A DNA stretch of 64,000 nt. Source: Longimicrobiales bacterium (lineage in GTDB: Bacteria > Gemmatimonadota > Gemmatimonadetes > Longimicrobiales > Gaopeijiaceae). The stretch covers positions 1,440,001-1,504,000 of the forward strand of contig OZ250165.1 of assembly GCA_965238005.1 (NCBI GenBank), read 5' to 3'. The position numbers were made by a program, and so were the translations under genes. How positions within the stretch are numbered: position 1 is the stretch's first letter; the number at the start of each line of letters is the position of its first letter. The notes beneath the pieces were generated by a model that did not search any database, was not told where the DNA came from, and saw only the letters and a list, made by a program, of their open reading frames with translations. Positions 1-10,435 of the stretch are shown one piece after another.

Positions 1-780
1 CCTGCCGCTGCGATCTCCATCGACCTGGGCACCGACCCCGATGTTCGGGTTCAGCTCGTGCGCGCCCTCCGCCTGTGGGTCGAGCCGGAGGTGGGCTATG
101 TCAATTCGGGCTCACCGGCGGACACGGGAGGGCTCGAGGCCGGCGACCGGATCTTGACGGCCAACGGTGTGCCGATCACCCACTGGTACGATTTCGTGGA
201 CGTCATCGAGTCCAGACCCGGCATGCGCACCGAGCTGTCGCTTGGGCGGCGGGGCCGGCCTCTGACGCGCTACGTCACGCCCGACGAGGAGACCCATGAT
301 GATCCTTTGACCGGCGAGACGGTCCGGGTCGGGAAGGTGGGCATCTACCCGCCCCGGTCGGAGCTATCGTACCAGCCGGTGTCCATTGCACAGGCGATCC
401 GGCTCGGGTGGGCCGAGACAATTGGCATAAGCGCTCTGATTCTCGATTTCCTGCGGGACCTGGTGACGGGTGGGGTCTCGCCGCGATCCTTAGGGAGTAT
501 CGTCACCATCGGCGCAGCGTCTGGCCAGGCGGCGCAGATGGGACTCGAGACGTTCCTGCGGTTCATGGCGCTCTTCTCGGTGAATCTGGCCATCCTCAAC
601 CTCCTGCCCATTCCGATTTTGGACGGCGGGCATCTGGTCTTCTTGGGGATCGAAGCCGTGCGGGGCAAGGCGCTGTCGGTTGAGCAGCGCCTACGTTGGA
701 GCCACGTCGGCTTCCTGATTGTCATGGGGATCATGCTCTGGGCACTCTCCAACGACATTCTCAGGCTCTTCGGCTTCTAG
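1..780 (+). CDS. rseP: RIP metalloprotease RseP (5' partial, runs off window start)
   Basis: PDZ-like region followed by NLAILNLLPIPILDGGH site-2 protease motif; frame is open back to position 1. Confidence 0.92.
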   Translation, partial: PAAAISIDLGTDPDVRVQLVRALRLWVEPEVGYVNSGSPADTGGLEAGDRILTANGVPITHWYDFVDVIESRPGMRTELSLGRRGRPLTRYVTPDEETHDDPLTGETVRVGKVGIYPPRSELSYQPVSIAQAIRLGWAETIGISALILDFLRDLVTGGVSPRSLGSIVTIGAASGQAAQMGLETFLRFMALFSVNLAILNLLPIPILDGGHLVFLGIEAVRGKALSVEQRLRWSHVGFLIVMGIMLWALSNDILRLFGF

Positions 781-808
781 TGTCCCCCCCCATTACTCGG
801 CCAGGCTC

Positions 809-1630
809 CTAAAGCAACGTCAGCTGTGCGGGTCCGGTGCGGCGCCGCAGCTCCTCGATGTCGATGAACTCGGTCGGCCGTCCCTGAGGAGCCACTCCCA
901 GGAAGCCTTCGTAACCGGCGGCCCGTAGGGCATCTCCTACCACGGCTTCCGCCAGTTCGGGACGATTGCACTCCTGCGAGAGGTGAGCCAGGAGTACGCC
1001 GGCGAGCCTCGGATGGAGCAGCTCGCAAGCGAACCGTGCGGCGGCGTGGTTCGAGAGATGCCCGTGGCTCGAGGCGATGCGCTGCTGGACCGCCCAAGGA
1101 TAGGGTCCTGTCCGGAGCAGCTCCTCGTCGTGATTGGCCTCAAGGATCAGGAAGTCGGCGCCGGACAGCGCCAGGCGGATCTGGGCGTTCGGCCTCCCCA
1201 GGTCAGTGGCTACCCCGACCCGGGTCTCCGTCGTCGCGTCGACCAGGGCCACCGCCACCGGATCCGCCGCATCGTGAACCGTGAGGAACGGCTCGACACG
1301 GATGGATCCGACCTCGAAGTGCCGTCCCGCACGGTAGGTGACGGTTGGCTCTGTCCCACGGAAGACCCGCGAGCAGGCCTCCTGGGTGCGCTCTGTCACG
1401 TAGACGGGCGTCCCGTGCCGGCGGCTGAACACACCGGCGCCCCTGGTATGATCACCGTGGTCGTGGCTGATGACGATGGCGTCGATGGCCTCAGGGGGCA
1501 GACCGACCTGGGAGAGGCGTCGCTCCAGGTCACGCCCGCTGAAGCCGGCGTCGACCAGCACACGGGTCTCACCCGCTTCCACCAACGTCGCGTTGCCGCC
1601 GCTCCCGGTTCCGAGGACGCAGACCCTCAC
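809..1630 (-). CDS. MBL-fold metallo-hydrolase (YycJ/WalJ-like)
   Basis: LGTGSGGNA start, SHDHGDH metal motif, HDAADP, LEANHD, GHLSN, AHLSQECN. Confidence 0.88.
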   Translation of the reverse strand: MRVCVLGTGSGGNATLVEAGETRVLVDAGFSGRDLERRLSQVGLPPEAIDAIVISHDHGDHTRGAGVFSRRHGTPVYVTERTQEACSRVFRGTEPTVTYRAGRHFEVGSIRVEPFLTVHDAADPVAVALVDATTETRVGVATDLGRPNAQIRLALSGADFLILEANHDEELLRTGPYPWAVQQRIASSHGHLSNHAAARFACELLHPRLAGVLLAHLSQECNRPELAEAVVGDALRAAGYEGFLGVAPQGRPTEFIDIEELRRRTGPAQLTLL

Positions 1631-1739
1631 GAGCCCGCATCTGACCCACGCCTTTCGGCGCGGGTGCCCCGGATCGGGCGCTTCGGCCCTCTCGGTGCGT
1701 AACCATACTCATGTTCGGGCGCACTAGCCCGGGCGAGCT

Positions 1740-2948
1740 TCACGAGCGATCCGACCGCGTTCTCTCCCATGCGTTTATCAAGAGCGTACGGGCTCCTTCG
1801 GCAAGAGGCATATTTCGGCGACCCATGGCCCGCTCAACCACCTCGAGGAAGCGGTCGAGATCGTACTCTTCGAGCGTGTCGCCCGACCCCCAGGTGAAGG
1901 GGGGTACGTACTTGGGGGACATGAGTCCACCGAACAGGTTGCTGCCGGTACCTACGACGCTGCCGGTGGAGAGCAGCGTGCCGATCCCGGTCTTGGCGTG
2001 ATCTCCGATCAGACAACCGACCTTCATGAGGCCTGTGTCCACCAGGCCCCCGGCGGTAGGCACCCGCACGGTACTGTAGTTGTTCTTGAGGTCGCTGTTG
2101 GTGGTGAAGGCGCCCAGGTTCACCCACTTCCCCACATAGGAGTGACCCAGATACCCGTCGTGGGCCTTGTTGGAGTATCCCAGCACCACGGAGCTGGCCA
2201 CTTCGCCGCGGACCTTGCAGACCGGGCCGATGCTGACGTTCTGGAACGCCCCGCCGAGCATCTGAGTCCCGGGGCCCACGAAGGCAGGACCGGCTAGTCG
2301 CGTGAAAGCCAGCACGTGGACGTCGTCAGAGAGACGGATCGGTCCGTCTGTGGCGTCCAGATGTACGCCGGCCTCGAGCCTCACGCCGGAGCCCACCGAG
2401 ATCCGCTCGGCTCCCGAGCAGTGAACGCCCTCGGGCAGCGTGAAGCGGCTTTCGGGGAAGATGGTGGGGATGTCCTGACGGATCTGCCCGCCGTTCCCGG
2501 CCATCAGCTCCCAGGGCTCCCCGAGAACTTGTCCCCGTACCTCCACAAGAGGCGCTTCCAGCGTCGAAGACTCAGGGTCGAGAAAGTCGCTCTCTCCGAG
2601 CGAAACGTCGTCGGGTGGCACCATCCACCCCACGGTCTGGCCGTCGATGACCAACCTGGCCGGGGCGTCGGTGGGAGGCGTGGAGTCGAGGTCGGGAACC
2701 GCTCGACTCGAGAAGAAGATCAGCGGCTCGTCGCCTGCGGCGGCCGCATCGAGGACCGGTGGGGAACCGACCTCGTCGAATCCGGTGAGAGCCGGATCCA
2801 CCAGCTGCCCAGCGCATTGCCTGCCCCAGAATCTTTCCGCTCGCTCGCGCAGGAGCAGGCAGCCGAAGAGGAGCTCTCCCGTGGGTCTGGTGGTGGCGAA
2901 CGGCGTCCAACTCCGGGCACGCGCATCGTCGAAGAGGTAGAGACTCAT
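1740..2948 (-). CDS. Putative sugar nucleotidyltransferase / GlmU-like protein with left-handed beta-helix
   Basis: N-terminal PFATTRP..LLFG, hexapeptide repeats, HDGYLGHSYVGKWVNLGA.T.NSDLKNNY. Confidence 0.8.
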   Translation of the reverse strand: MSLYLFDDARARSWTPFATTRPTGELLFGCLLLRERAERFWGRQCAGQLVDPALTGFDEVGSPPVLDAAAAGDEPLIFFSSRAVPDLDSTPPTDAPARLVIDGQTVGWMVPPDDVSLGESDFLDPESSTLEAPLVEVRGQVLGEPWELMAGNGGQIRQDIPTIFPESRFTLPEGVHCSGAERISVGSGVRLEAGVHLDATDGPIRLSDDVHVLAFTRLAGPAFVGPGTQMLGGAFQNVSIGPVCKVRGEVASSVVLGYSNKAHDGYLGHSYVGKWVNLGAFTTNSDLKNNYSTVRVPTAGGLVDTGLMKVGCLIGDHAKTGIGTLLSTGSVVGTGSNLFGGLMSPKYVPPFTWGSGDTLEEYDLDRFLEVVERAMGRRNMPLAEGARTLLINAWERTRSDRS

Positions 2949-4120
2949 CAGCCGGCTTCCTCCGGGGGGCGGGTCTCGTCCGGCAGGCCGGCCTCGTCCG
3001 AGAGGGCTCCCCCGGCAAGGACTCCTCCATCCGCAAGGCTCGCTCCCCCCCGGAGCTCCGGGGGAAGCTGGTCCAGGAGGTCCTTTAGGGTGGGTGCGAG
3101 CTCTCTACGCGTCACCAGGGTCACCTCCCCGGACTGGACGATAACGAGATCCTCCACTCCGTAGGCCACCACGGTGCCCTCGGGGGAGTAGACCACGTTC
3201 CGCGAGCTCTCGACCATGTGCCCGCTCCCAATGATCACGTTGCCCTTTTCGCCGGGTTCCTGGCTGCGCATCAGCGCCTCCCAGCTACCTACGTCATCCC
3301 ACTCGAATGTCGCGGCGACGGATGCCACGCGCCCGCTCCGCTCGAGCACCGCCACGTCGACGGTCATGACCGGAGCCCGGGCGAAGAAATCGTGGACCCT
3401 GTCCTCCTCCAAGAGAGGAAGGAGATCGGCGATCTCCGGTGCGACGGCCTCCAACTCCTCCAGGAAGGTCGAGGCTCTCCACAGGAAGATACCACTGTTC
3501 CATAGATGGCCAGCCGCCACACACGACTCCGCCGTCTCCTGGTCCGGTTTTTCCTGGAAAGACGCCACGCGGAAGGCGCGGATCCCGTCGGAGGCCTCGA
3601 TGGTTTCGCCAGGCTCGATATACCCGTATCCCGTCTCCGGGCGAGTCGGTGGGACCGCCACCGTGAAGAGCAGATCCTCTCGGCCCGCTAGGGCTGCCGC
3701 GGCGTGAATCAGATCCACGAAGCTGGACTCCGGCCGGATCATGTGATCGGCGTGGAGGGAGATCAAGACGGCCTGGGGATCCTGCCTGGCCATCTCCCAG
3801 GCCACCCATGCCAGCACCGGTGCCGTGCCTCGAGTCTGCGGCTCGATCATCAGCCCGTCGTCACTCAGGTCGGGCAGAACTTCCTTTAGGGCACGTGCGA
3901 GCTTCGCGCTAGTCAGGATGCGGATCCTGTCATCGGATACGACCCGTCGGGCCCTCGCGAGGGTGTCGACGATGAGGGGCTCGGACGAGGCGAGTGGGAG
4001 CAGTTGTTTGGGCCTCGCGGGAGTGCTTGCGGGCCAGAATCGACTTCCGACTCCTCCCGCCAGAATCGTGATGTAGAGGTGGGGATCAGGATCCCTGGAG
4101 GATCTCGTTGATTCGGGCAA
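2948..4120 (-). CDS. manC: Mannose-1-phosphate guanylyltransferase
   Basis: ILAGGVGSRFWPAS...PKQ, PETGYGYI, FQEKP, WNSG, WDDVGSW; start placed at TTG 4120 (uncertain), overlapping the upstream response regulator. Confidence 0.85.
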   Translation of the reverse strand: MPESTRSSRDPDPHLYITILAGGVGSRFWPASTPARPKQLLPLASSEPLIVDTLARARRVVSDDRIRILTSAKLARALKEVLPDLSDDGLMIEPQTRGTAPVLAWVAWEMARQDPQAVLISLHADHMIRPESSFVDLIHAAAALAGREDLLFTVAVPPTRPETGYGYIEPGETIEASDGIRAFRVASFQEKPDQETAESCVAAGHLWNSGIFLWRASTFLEELEAVAPEIADLLPLLEEDRVHDFFARAPVMTVDVAVLERSGRVASVAATFEWDDVGSWEALMRSQEPGEKGNVIIGSGHMVESSRNVVYSPEGTVVAYGVEDLVIVQSGEVTLVTRRELAPTLKDLLDQLPPELRGGASLADGGVLAGGALSDEAGLPDETRPPEEAG

Positions 4121-4487
4121 GGAGCTTCTTGGGGCTGAAGGGCTTGGTGAGGAAGTCGTTCGCTCCGAGGGAGAATGCGTGCTCGCGGTCCGCATCCTGT
4201 CCCTTGGCCGTGAGGATGACAACGGGTGTGGACTTACGATGCTCAAGCTCGCGGAGGTGGCTGAGTACCTCCAGGCCGGTGGCCCCGGGCATCATGATGT
4301 CCAGGAGGATCAGGTCGTAGCGCGCATCACCCTCGAGGGCCTTGATGGCCGCCGTGCCGTCGGGCTGGGTATCAACGTGGAAGGCGGCTGTCTCGAGAAG
4401 TGTCTGCAGGATACGCCGAATATGGGGCTCGTCATCGGCCACCAGGATGTGCCCGCGTCGGGCAGGGGATTTAGCAGCCTTCGGCAT
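4086..4487 (-). CDS. Single-domain response regulator (receiver)
   Basis: ILVADDE, LLDIMMPG, ILTAKG, LTKPFSP. Confidence 0.9.
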   Translation of the reverse strand: MPKAAKSPARRGHILVADDEPHIRRILQTLLETAAFHVDTQPDGTAAIKALEGDARYDLILLDIMMPGATGLEVLSHLRELEHRKSTPVVILTAKGQDADREHAFSLGANDFLTKPFSPKKLLARINEILQGS

Positions 4488-4524
4488 CGATTTCGGCTCC
4501 TCCCTGAGGCGATCTCGGGGCGGG

Positions 4525-4606
4525 AACCTACCCGCTAAATGGTGTAGAAGTCAAGGAACGTCAGGTACTTGCAGGGTTGACGCCCTCGAGTCACTTCGGG
4601 TAGCCT
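4525..4606. promoter_or_regulatory. Putative back-to-back sigma70-type promoters
   Basis: Minus strand TTGACT-N18-TAGGTT (4554-4525); plus strand TTGACG-N18-TAGCCT (4577-4606); located between divergent genes. Confidence 0.4.
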
Positions 4607-4635
4607 TGGGCCTCAATTTCAACCCAAAATTGCGT

Positions 4636-5220
4636 GTGAACAGGTACATCCTCCCTAGATTTGCGACCATCGGCGTCGCTGCGATCGCTGTGAGTTTCGG
4701 GCTGGCCGCATGTGCAGGGGAAAACCCCTTCGACATCGGGTGGACCCAGATCCCCGACACGGCGCTGCTCTACTCTCTCGCCCGCCCCGAGCTGAACCTC
4801 CCATCGGCGTTCGACTTCCACGGCAGGGTTGCACGGATCGTCGAGTCGCCGAGTTCTACAGGTCTCTGGGACGTCATTCTCGACACGCAGGACGACAAGC
4901 TGGTCTTCCTGCTTCCGGAAGTCCTCGGAATCCCTAGCGAGGCCAGGATCATCGAGCTTCCCGGCCTGAGCTTCGACGACGTGCGCAAGGCTCCGGCCGA
5001 CACGACCGCCTACACGAAAGACGAGGCCGTCCCCCTGGCGTTAGGCTCGGTTTACGTGATCCAAACGAACCTGGCCTCGGATCGGTTCGGCTTCAGTTGC
5101 GTCTTCTACGCTAAGATGGAAGCCCTGGAGATCGATGTGCCGTTGGGCACGTTACGGTTCGTCTACGACGCGAATCCCAATTGCGGCAGCCGGGACCTCA
5201 TCCCTCCGGACGAAGACTGA
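4636..5220 (+). CDS. Hypothetical lipoprotein
   Basis: Signal peptide ending in lipobox LAAC; start re-assigned to GTG 4636. Confidence 0.7.
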   Translation: MNRYILPRFATIGVAAIAVSFGLAACAGENPFDIGWTQIPDTALLYSLARPELNLPSAFDFHGRVARIVESPSSTGLWDVILDTQDDKLVFLLPEVLGIPSEARIIELPGLSFDDVRKAPADTTAYTKDEAVPLALGSVYVIQTNLASDRFGFSCVFYAKMEALEIDVPLGTLRFVYDANPNCGSRDLIPPDED

Positions 5221-5221
5221 C

Positions 5222-6499
5222 GTGCTCGACATTCGGCGAATCCGGAGCGAGCCTGATGTGGTGAAAGCCGCCCTGGCGCGGCGAGGATCGAAGGGACTCG
5301 TGGCATCCGTCGACGAGACTCTGGAGCTCGACGAGAGACGGCGGGGGTGTCTCAGCGAGGTGAACGACCTCAAAGCGGAGCGGAACGAAGCCTCGAAGAA
5401 GATCGGCGAGCTCAAGCGGGAGGGTGCTGACGCCGCCGACATGATTGCCGAGATGCGTGATGTCGGTCAGCGCATCTCAGAGATCGATGACGAGGTCGTC
5501 GAAGCGGAGAGCCGGATTCGTGAGCTCCTGCTGTTGATCCCTAATCTCCCTCTGGAGGAGGTGCCCGAGGGGGATGTGGAGTGCAACGAGGTCGTCCGAG
5601 TGGTGGGCTCGCGGGTGGAGTTCGACTTCGAGCCGAAGCCCCACTGGGAGCTCGGAAGCGACCTCGACATCCTGGATCTGCCCAGGGGAACCAAGATCTC
5701 CGGCTCGGGCTTTCCCGTGCTCAAGGGTGTTGGAGCCCGACTGCAGCGGTGTCTCATCAACTACATGCTCGACATCCACACAGGGGAGAACGGCTATACC
5801 GAGGTCCGGGTCCCGTATCTCGTGACCCGCGACACCCTCATGGGCACGGGCCAGCTACCCAGGTTCGCCGACGAGTCGTATCAGACCGAGCGGGACGACC
5901 TGTGGTTGATCCCGACCGCCGAAGTGCCCGTGACCAACCTGCATCGCGACGAGCTTCTGTCTGCCCAAGATCTTCCGGTACGGTATACGGCGTACAGCCC
6001 CTGCTTCCGCCGAGAGGCGGGGGCCGCCGGGGCGGACACACGGGGCCTTCTACGAGTCCACCAGTTCGACAAGGTGGAGCTGGTCCGGTATGAGACCCCG
6101 GAGCGGGGGCGGGAGGCCCTGGAGGAGCTCACCGCCGAGGCGGAATCGATCCTTCAACGGCTGGGTCTCCATTACCGGGTTGTGACTTTGGCCACCGGGG
6201 ATCTCGGATTCTCAGCCGGGATGACCTACGACCTGGAAGTTTGGGCGCCTGGCGTCGCACAGTGGCTCGAGGTGTCGAGCTGCAGCACTTGCACCGACTA
6301 TCAGGCCCGGAGGGCCAACCTCCGCTACCGTCCGGCGGCCGGGGAAAAGCCCGAGTTCGTACACACGCTCAACGGTTCGGCCCTGGCTCTTCCGAGACTC
6401 ATCGTGGCCCTCCTGGAAACATACCAGCAGGCCGACGGCTCGGTGCGTATACCCGAAGCCCTCCAGGAGCGACTCGGCCTCGCGATCATCGAAGCGTAG
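5222..6499 (+). CDS. serS: Serine--tRNA ligase
   Basis: MLDIRRIR start, coiled-coil arm, LIPTAEVP, FRREAG, RVHQFDKVE, HTLNGSALA. Confidence 0.97.
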   Translation: MLDIRRIRSEPDVVKAALARRGSKGLVASVDETLELDERRRGCLSEVNDLKAERNEASKKIGELKREGADAADMIAEMRDVGQRISEIDDEVVEAESRIRELLLLIPNLPLEEVPEGDVECNEVVRVVGSRVEFDFEPKPHWELGSDLDILDLPRGTKISGSGFPVLKGVGARLQRCLINYMLDIHTGENGYTEVRVPYLVTRDTLMGTGQLPRFADESYQTERDDLWLIPTAEVPVTNLHRDELLSAQDLPVRYTAYSPCFRREAGAAGADTRGLLRVHQFDKVELVRYETPERGREALEELTAEAESILQRLGLHYRVVTLATGDLGFSAGMTYDLEVWAPGVAQWLEVSSCSTCTDYQARRANLRYRPAAGEKPEFVHTLNGSALALPRLIVALLETYQQADGSVRIPEALQERLGLAIIEA

Positions 6500-6572
6500 T
6501 GGACCCGGAGTCCGGTAGGGCGTGCAGGACAATGCAGAGGGGGATCGACCAGCGTAATGGAGGATCCGCCCC

Positions 6573-7790
6573 ATGATGCGCATCAAGTGGCCCGTTGCGC
6601 TGGCCACGCTCTTTTTTGCACTCCTGGCTTGGTATCTCCTCTATACCAAGAGGATCGTCGACGGGCTGCATCGCAACCAAGAGCTCATGACGGAGGTGTT
6701 CACCCTCGCCCAGGAGCTCATCCAGGACCCGGGAGACCTGGAGACGGCGGAGGTCGAGGAGGGATTCCGGGATGCGGGCCGTTTCGACCTCGCCCTCTTC
6801 GAACTACAGGGGGTCGTCATCCGGTCGCTCATGCCTCTGATTGTCATGGACGGGGCTGACAGCGTCCTTTCAGTGGAGAACCTGCCGTTCGACATCTACA
6901 CTCCCGAGGGCCAGGAGCAGGTCAAAGCGTTGGTCCGGCGCCTGACCGCCACGGGCCGCGAGCCCGTCAGGGGAGCTGGGGGGAACGTGATCCACTTCGG
7001 AGATACTCCACAGCTGTCCGGGCTCAAGTGGATTCCCTACTTCCAGGCCAGCGGTCTGGCGATCACCCTGCTCATCGGATTCCTCGTGATCCGGTACCAG
7101 CGCAGGGCTGAGCAGGAGAAGGCTTGGACAGTCATGGCGCGTGAGCTGGCTCACCAGTTGGGGACGCCCATCTCGTCCCTGCAGGGTTGGCTGGAGCTTC
7201 TTCGCCTGCCGGTGGAGGAAAGGCCCGGATCCCTCGAGTCCGACACCGTCGCCGGTGGGATCGAGGAGGATCTCGTGAGGCTGGAGCGTATCAGCCACCG
7301 CTTCGAGCTCATCGGTCGGGATCCCGAGCTGGAGCCCCTGGACATCCGTGAGGTGGTGAGGGAGCTGGAGAGCTACCTGCAGGCGCGTCTTCCCAGGCTC
7401 ACCACTGGCATCCTCATCGTCGTCGACGTGCCCAAGGGCATGCCGAGGGTCCTCGGGAATGAAGTGCTCCTCTCGTGGGCTCTCGAGAACGTGGTGAAGA
7501 ACGCCTTGGACGCGATGGCCGGACGGGGGGGCGAGATCCGGCTGCAGGTCCGAAAGGGTCTTCCGGGCTGGGTCCATCTACGCATCAAGGATACGGGCCC
7601 GGGGGTGGATCCGGCGGTGCGCGACAAGATTTTCGAGCCCGGCGTCAGCGGAAAGGACCGTGGTTGGGGGGTCGGCCTCACCCTGTCCCGTCGGATCGTC
7701 GAGTCTGGCCACAAGGGCCACATTTATCTTCTGGACACCGAGGGTGCGGGAGCCACCTTCGAGGTCCGTCTTCCTGCGGCCCGTCCCTGA
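6573..7790 (+). CDS. Membrane sensor histidine kinase
   Basis: Two TM segments, ELAHQLGTP H-box, ENVVKNALDA N-box, DTGPG, GWGVGL. Confidence 0.92.
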   Translation: MMRIKWPVALATLFFALLAWYLLYTKRIVDGLHRNQELMTEVFTLAQELIQDPGDLETAEVEEGFRDAGRFDLALFELQGVVIRSLMPLIVMDGADSVLSVENLPFDIYTPEGQEQVKALVRRLTATGREPVRGAGGNVIHFGDTPQLSGLKWIPYFQASGLAITLLIGFLVIRYQRRAEQEKAWTVMARELAHQLGTPISSLQGWLELLRLPVEERPGSLESDTVAGGIEEDLVRLERISHRFELIGRDPELEPLDIREVVRELESYLQARLPRLTTGILIVVDVPKGMPRVLGNEVLLSWALENVVKNALDAMAGRGGEIRLQVRKGLPGWVHLRIKDTGPGVDPAVRDKIFEPGVSGKDRGWGVGLTLSRRIVESGHKGHIYLLDTEGAGATFEVRLPAARP

Positions 7791-7804
7791 TCGGAGTCGA
7801 TGCA

Positions 7805-10105
7805 CTGAACACCTCTGCTGAAGCACGGGACCGGCGCGCGGTCGCCTCCGATGCGTATTTGACGCAGCTGAACGAGAGCCAACGCGAGGCGGTGACCCAC
7901 TTCGAGGGACCGCTACTCGTCTTGGCAGGCGCCGGGTCAGGCAAGACCCGCGTCCTCACCACCCGCGTCGCTCACCTGATCCACGAACAGGGCGTCCCCC
8001 CTGACCGTATCTTGTCCGTCACGTTCACCAACAAGGCAGCCGGCGAGATGCGGGAGAGGATCACCGTTCTGCTGGGCGAGGAGCCCCGAGGCATGTGGAT
8101 CGGCACGTTCCACTCCCTGGGTGCTCGCCTTCTGCGCCGGCATGCTCCGAGCCTGGGTTGGACGAACACCTTCACCATCTTCGATGCCGAGCAGAGTCTC
8201 AAGCTCATCAAGAAGACGGCCGAGGCGGTGGGGCTGGACACGCGTCGTTGGAGCCCGAAGGCGATTCGCGCGCACCTGAGCGGAGCGAAGAATCGGCTCG
8301 TCTCGCCGCAGCAGTTCGTCGAAGAGAACGAGGGGAGCTTCGACATCTTCGCCCGCAACGTGGCCCGAGTGTACCCGGCGTACCAGGAGTCGTTAAAGAA
8401 CCAGAACGCGTTCGACTTCGATGACCTGCTGGTCAAGCCGGTGGAGCTTCTCGAGGCCGATCCGGACCTCCTGAGCAGGTATCGACGCCGCTTCAACTTC
8501 GTGCTGGTGGACGAGTATCAGGACACGAATCGCGCGCAATTCCGTTTCGTGGAGCTCTTGGCGTCGGAGCACCAGAACCTCATGGTCGTGGGAGACGACG
8601 ATCAGAGTATCTACGGCTGGCGGGGAGCCGACATCCGAAACATCCTCGACTTCGAGACGGCGTTTCTGGGTGCACATGTCGTGCGCTTGGAGCAGAACTA
8701 CCGTTCCACCGAAGTGATCCTCTCGGCGGCCAACACGGTCATCGCGGAGAACATGCAGCGGAAGGGGAAGACGCTGCGCACGGATCGAGCAGGGGGGGAG
8801 CGGATCACGCTCCTGACCTCTGCCGGCGAGACGGACGAGGCGCGTTGGATCTGCGATCAGATCGAGGGCCGCCTGGCGGAGGATCCCGGTCTCACGCATC
8901 GCGAGGTTGCCATCCTCTATCGCACCAACGCCCAGTCCCGGGCGCTGGAGGACGCGTTTCGCCGGCGGGGCTTGCCGTACCAGATCGTCGGCGGGGTCCG
9001 GTTCTACGAGCGTCGTGAGATCCAGGACGTCCTGGCCTACCTGCGGCTCATCTCGAATCCCCTGGATGCCGGGGCGTTCGAGCGGATCGTCAACTATCCC
9101 CGCCGTGGGATCGGCGCCGCCACACAGGAGCGTCTGGCGAGCTGGGCAGAGTCCCAGGAGATCGGACTGCTGGAAGCGGCCTCACGGGCCGACGAAGCGC
9201 CCGAGATTGCGACGGCGGGTGCCAGGGGCCTCGAGCGGTTCGCCATACTGATACAGAGGTATTCGGCGCTGGCCTCCCAGATGCGCGTAGGCGAGCTACT
9301 AGAGAGTCTCGTGGAGAAGCTGGAGATCTCACACCATCTCGAGGACGAAGGACCCGAGGGCGAGGATCGGGCCGACAACGTGCGAGAGCTCATCGCCGGG
9401 GCGCTCGACTACAATGCGGAGCTCATGGAGGAGCTGGAAGACGACGACTTCGATCACTTCACCGAGCTCGATCTGTTCCTTCAACAGGTCGCACTCGTGG
9501 CCGACGTGGATCGCCACGACCCCGACGCCGACGCGGTGACGATGATGACCCTCCACAACGCCAAGGGGCTGGAGTTTCCGGTCGTGTTCATCTCGGGGCT
9601 CGAAGACGGGCTCTTCCCGTTGAGCCGCGCCTACGACGAGCCCGCGGAGCTGGAGGAGGAGCGTCGCCTCTTTTACGTCGGGATCACGCGGGCCGAGGAC
9701 AAGCTCTTTCTGACGCACGCTCGGCAACGCCGCCGCGCCGGCGACATCATGTATGGACGTCTCTCACCGTTCGTCGCAGCCATTCCCGAGCATCTCCTGG
9801 AAGAGGTGGAGACCTCGGTAATGGGGAGTACGGGAGGTTACCTGTCACGTAGGGCCCGCCGGGATAGATCGTCGGCCAGCGACCGAGAGGCGCCCGACGA
9901 CGATCTCGATCTCGACGCCGCCCTCAACCAGGACCTTCCACGCTTTGTGAAAGGTGAGAGGGTGGTCCACGAGACGTTCGGGTCCGGGACCGTGGGCGAA
10001 GTCTCGGGCTTCGGGAGAGATCTCAGGGTGACGATCAACTTCGAGTCGGTGGGCAGCAAGAGTCTGGTGGTCCGTTACGCGGGTCTCCGTCGTGACTACG
10101 ACTGA
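7805..10105 (+). CDS. pcrA: ATP-dependent DNA helicase PcrA/UvrD
   Basis: LAGAGSGKT, TFTNKAA, VDEYQD, VGDDDQSIY, LEQNYRS, HNAKGLEF, C-terminal Tudor-like domain; start uncertain (CTG 7805 after GGAG, or TTG 7859). Confidence 0.93.
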   Translation: MNTSAEARDRRAVASDAYLTQLNESQREAVTHFEGPLLVLAGAGSGKTRVLTTRVAHLIHEQGVPPDRILSVTFTNKAAGEMRERITVLLGEEPRGMWIGTFHSLGARLLRRHAPSLGWTNTFTIFDAEQSLKLIKKTAEAVGLDTRRWSPKAIRAHLSGAKNRLVSPQQFVEENEGSFDIFARNVARVYPAYQESLKNQNAFDFDDLLVKPVELLEADPDLLSRYRRRFNFVLVDEYQDTNRAQFRFVELLASEHQNLMVVGDDDQSIYGWRGADIRNILDFETAFLGAHVVRLEQNYRSTEVILSAANTVIAENMQRKGKTLRTDRAGGERITLLTSAGETDEARWICDQIEGRLAEDPGLTHREVAILYRTNAQSRALEDAFRRRGLPYQIVGGVRFYERREIQDVLAYLRLISNPLDAGAFERIVNYPRRGIGAATQERLASWAESQEIGLLEAASRADEAPEIATAGARGLERFAILIQRYSALASQMRVGELLESLVEKLEISHHLEDEGPEGEDRADNVRELIAGALDYNAELMEELEDDDFDHFTELDLFLQQVALVADVDRHDPDADAVTMMTLHNAKGLEFPVVFISGLEDGLFPLSRAYDEPAELEEERRLFYVGITRAEDKLFLTHARQRRRAGDIMYGRLSPFVAAIPEHLLEEVETSVMGSTGGYLSRRARRDRSSASDREAPDDDLDLDAALNQDLPRFVKGERVVHETFGSGTVGEVSGFGRDLRVTINFESVGSKSLVVRYAGLRRDYD

Positions 10106-10114
10106 CAGCGCGTC

Positions 10115-10435
10115 GTGTCTGTAAGTCGCGAAGACGTTCGCCGGATCGCGGAGCTCGCTCGTGTGCGCCTTGCAGAGGCGGAGGCCGAAGCGCTCGGGCG
10201 AGACCTCAACGACATTCTGGAGTACGTGGACACCCTGTCGTCCGTGTCCGTAGACGGTGCGCAGGCCGTGGATCCCACCGAGGGCGGCGCCCCCGAGCGC
10301 GGTCCCGGGGAACGGCAGCCCGATCCCATGGTCGGGCGGCCCAGCGACTACGCGCCGGACTTCAGGGACGGTTTCTTCGTCGTTCCCTCCCCACCGTCTC
10401 TCGGTGGTGAGGACGAGCCCTCGAGCCAGGAATGA
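10115..10435 (+). CDS. gatC: Asp/Glu-tRNA amidotransferase subunit C
   Basis: V..IA.LAR pattern, GFFVVP, position directly before gatA. Confidence 0.9.
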   Translation: MSVSREDVRRIAELARVRLAEAEAEALGRDLNDILEYVDTLSSVSVDGAQAVDPTEGGAPERGPGERQPDPMVGRPSDYAPDFRDGFFVVPSPPSLGGEDEPSSQE

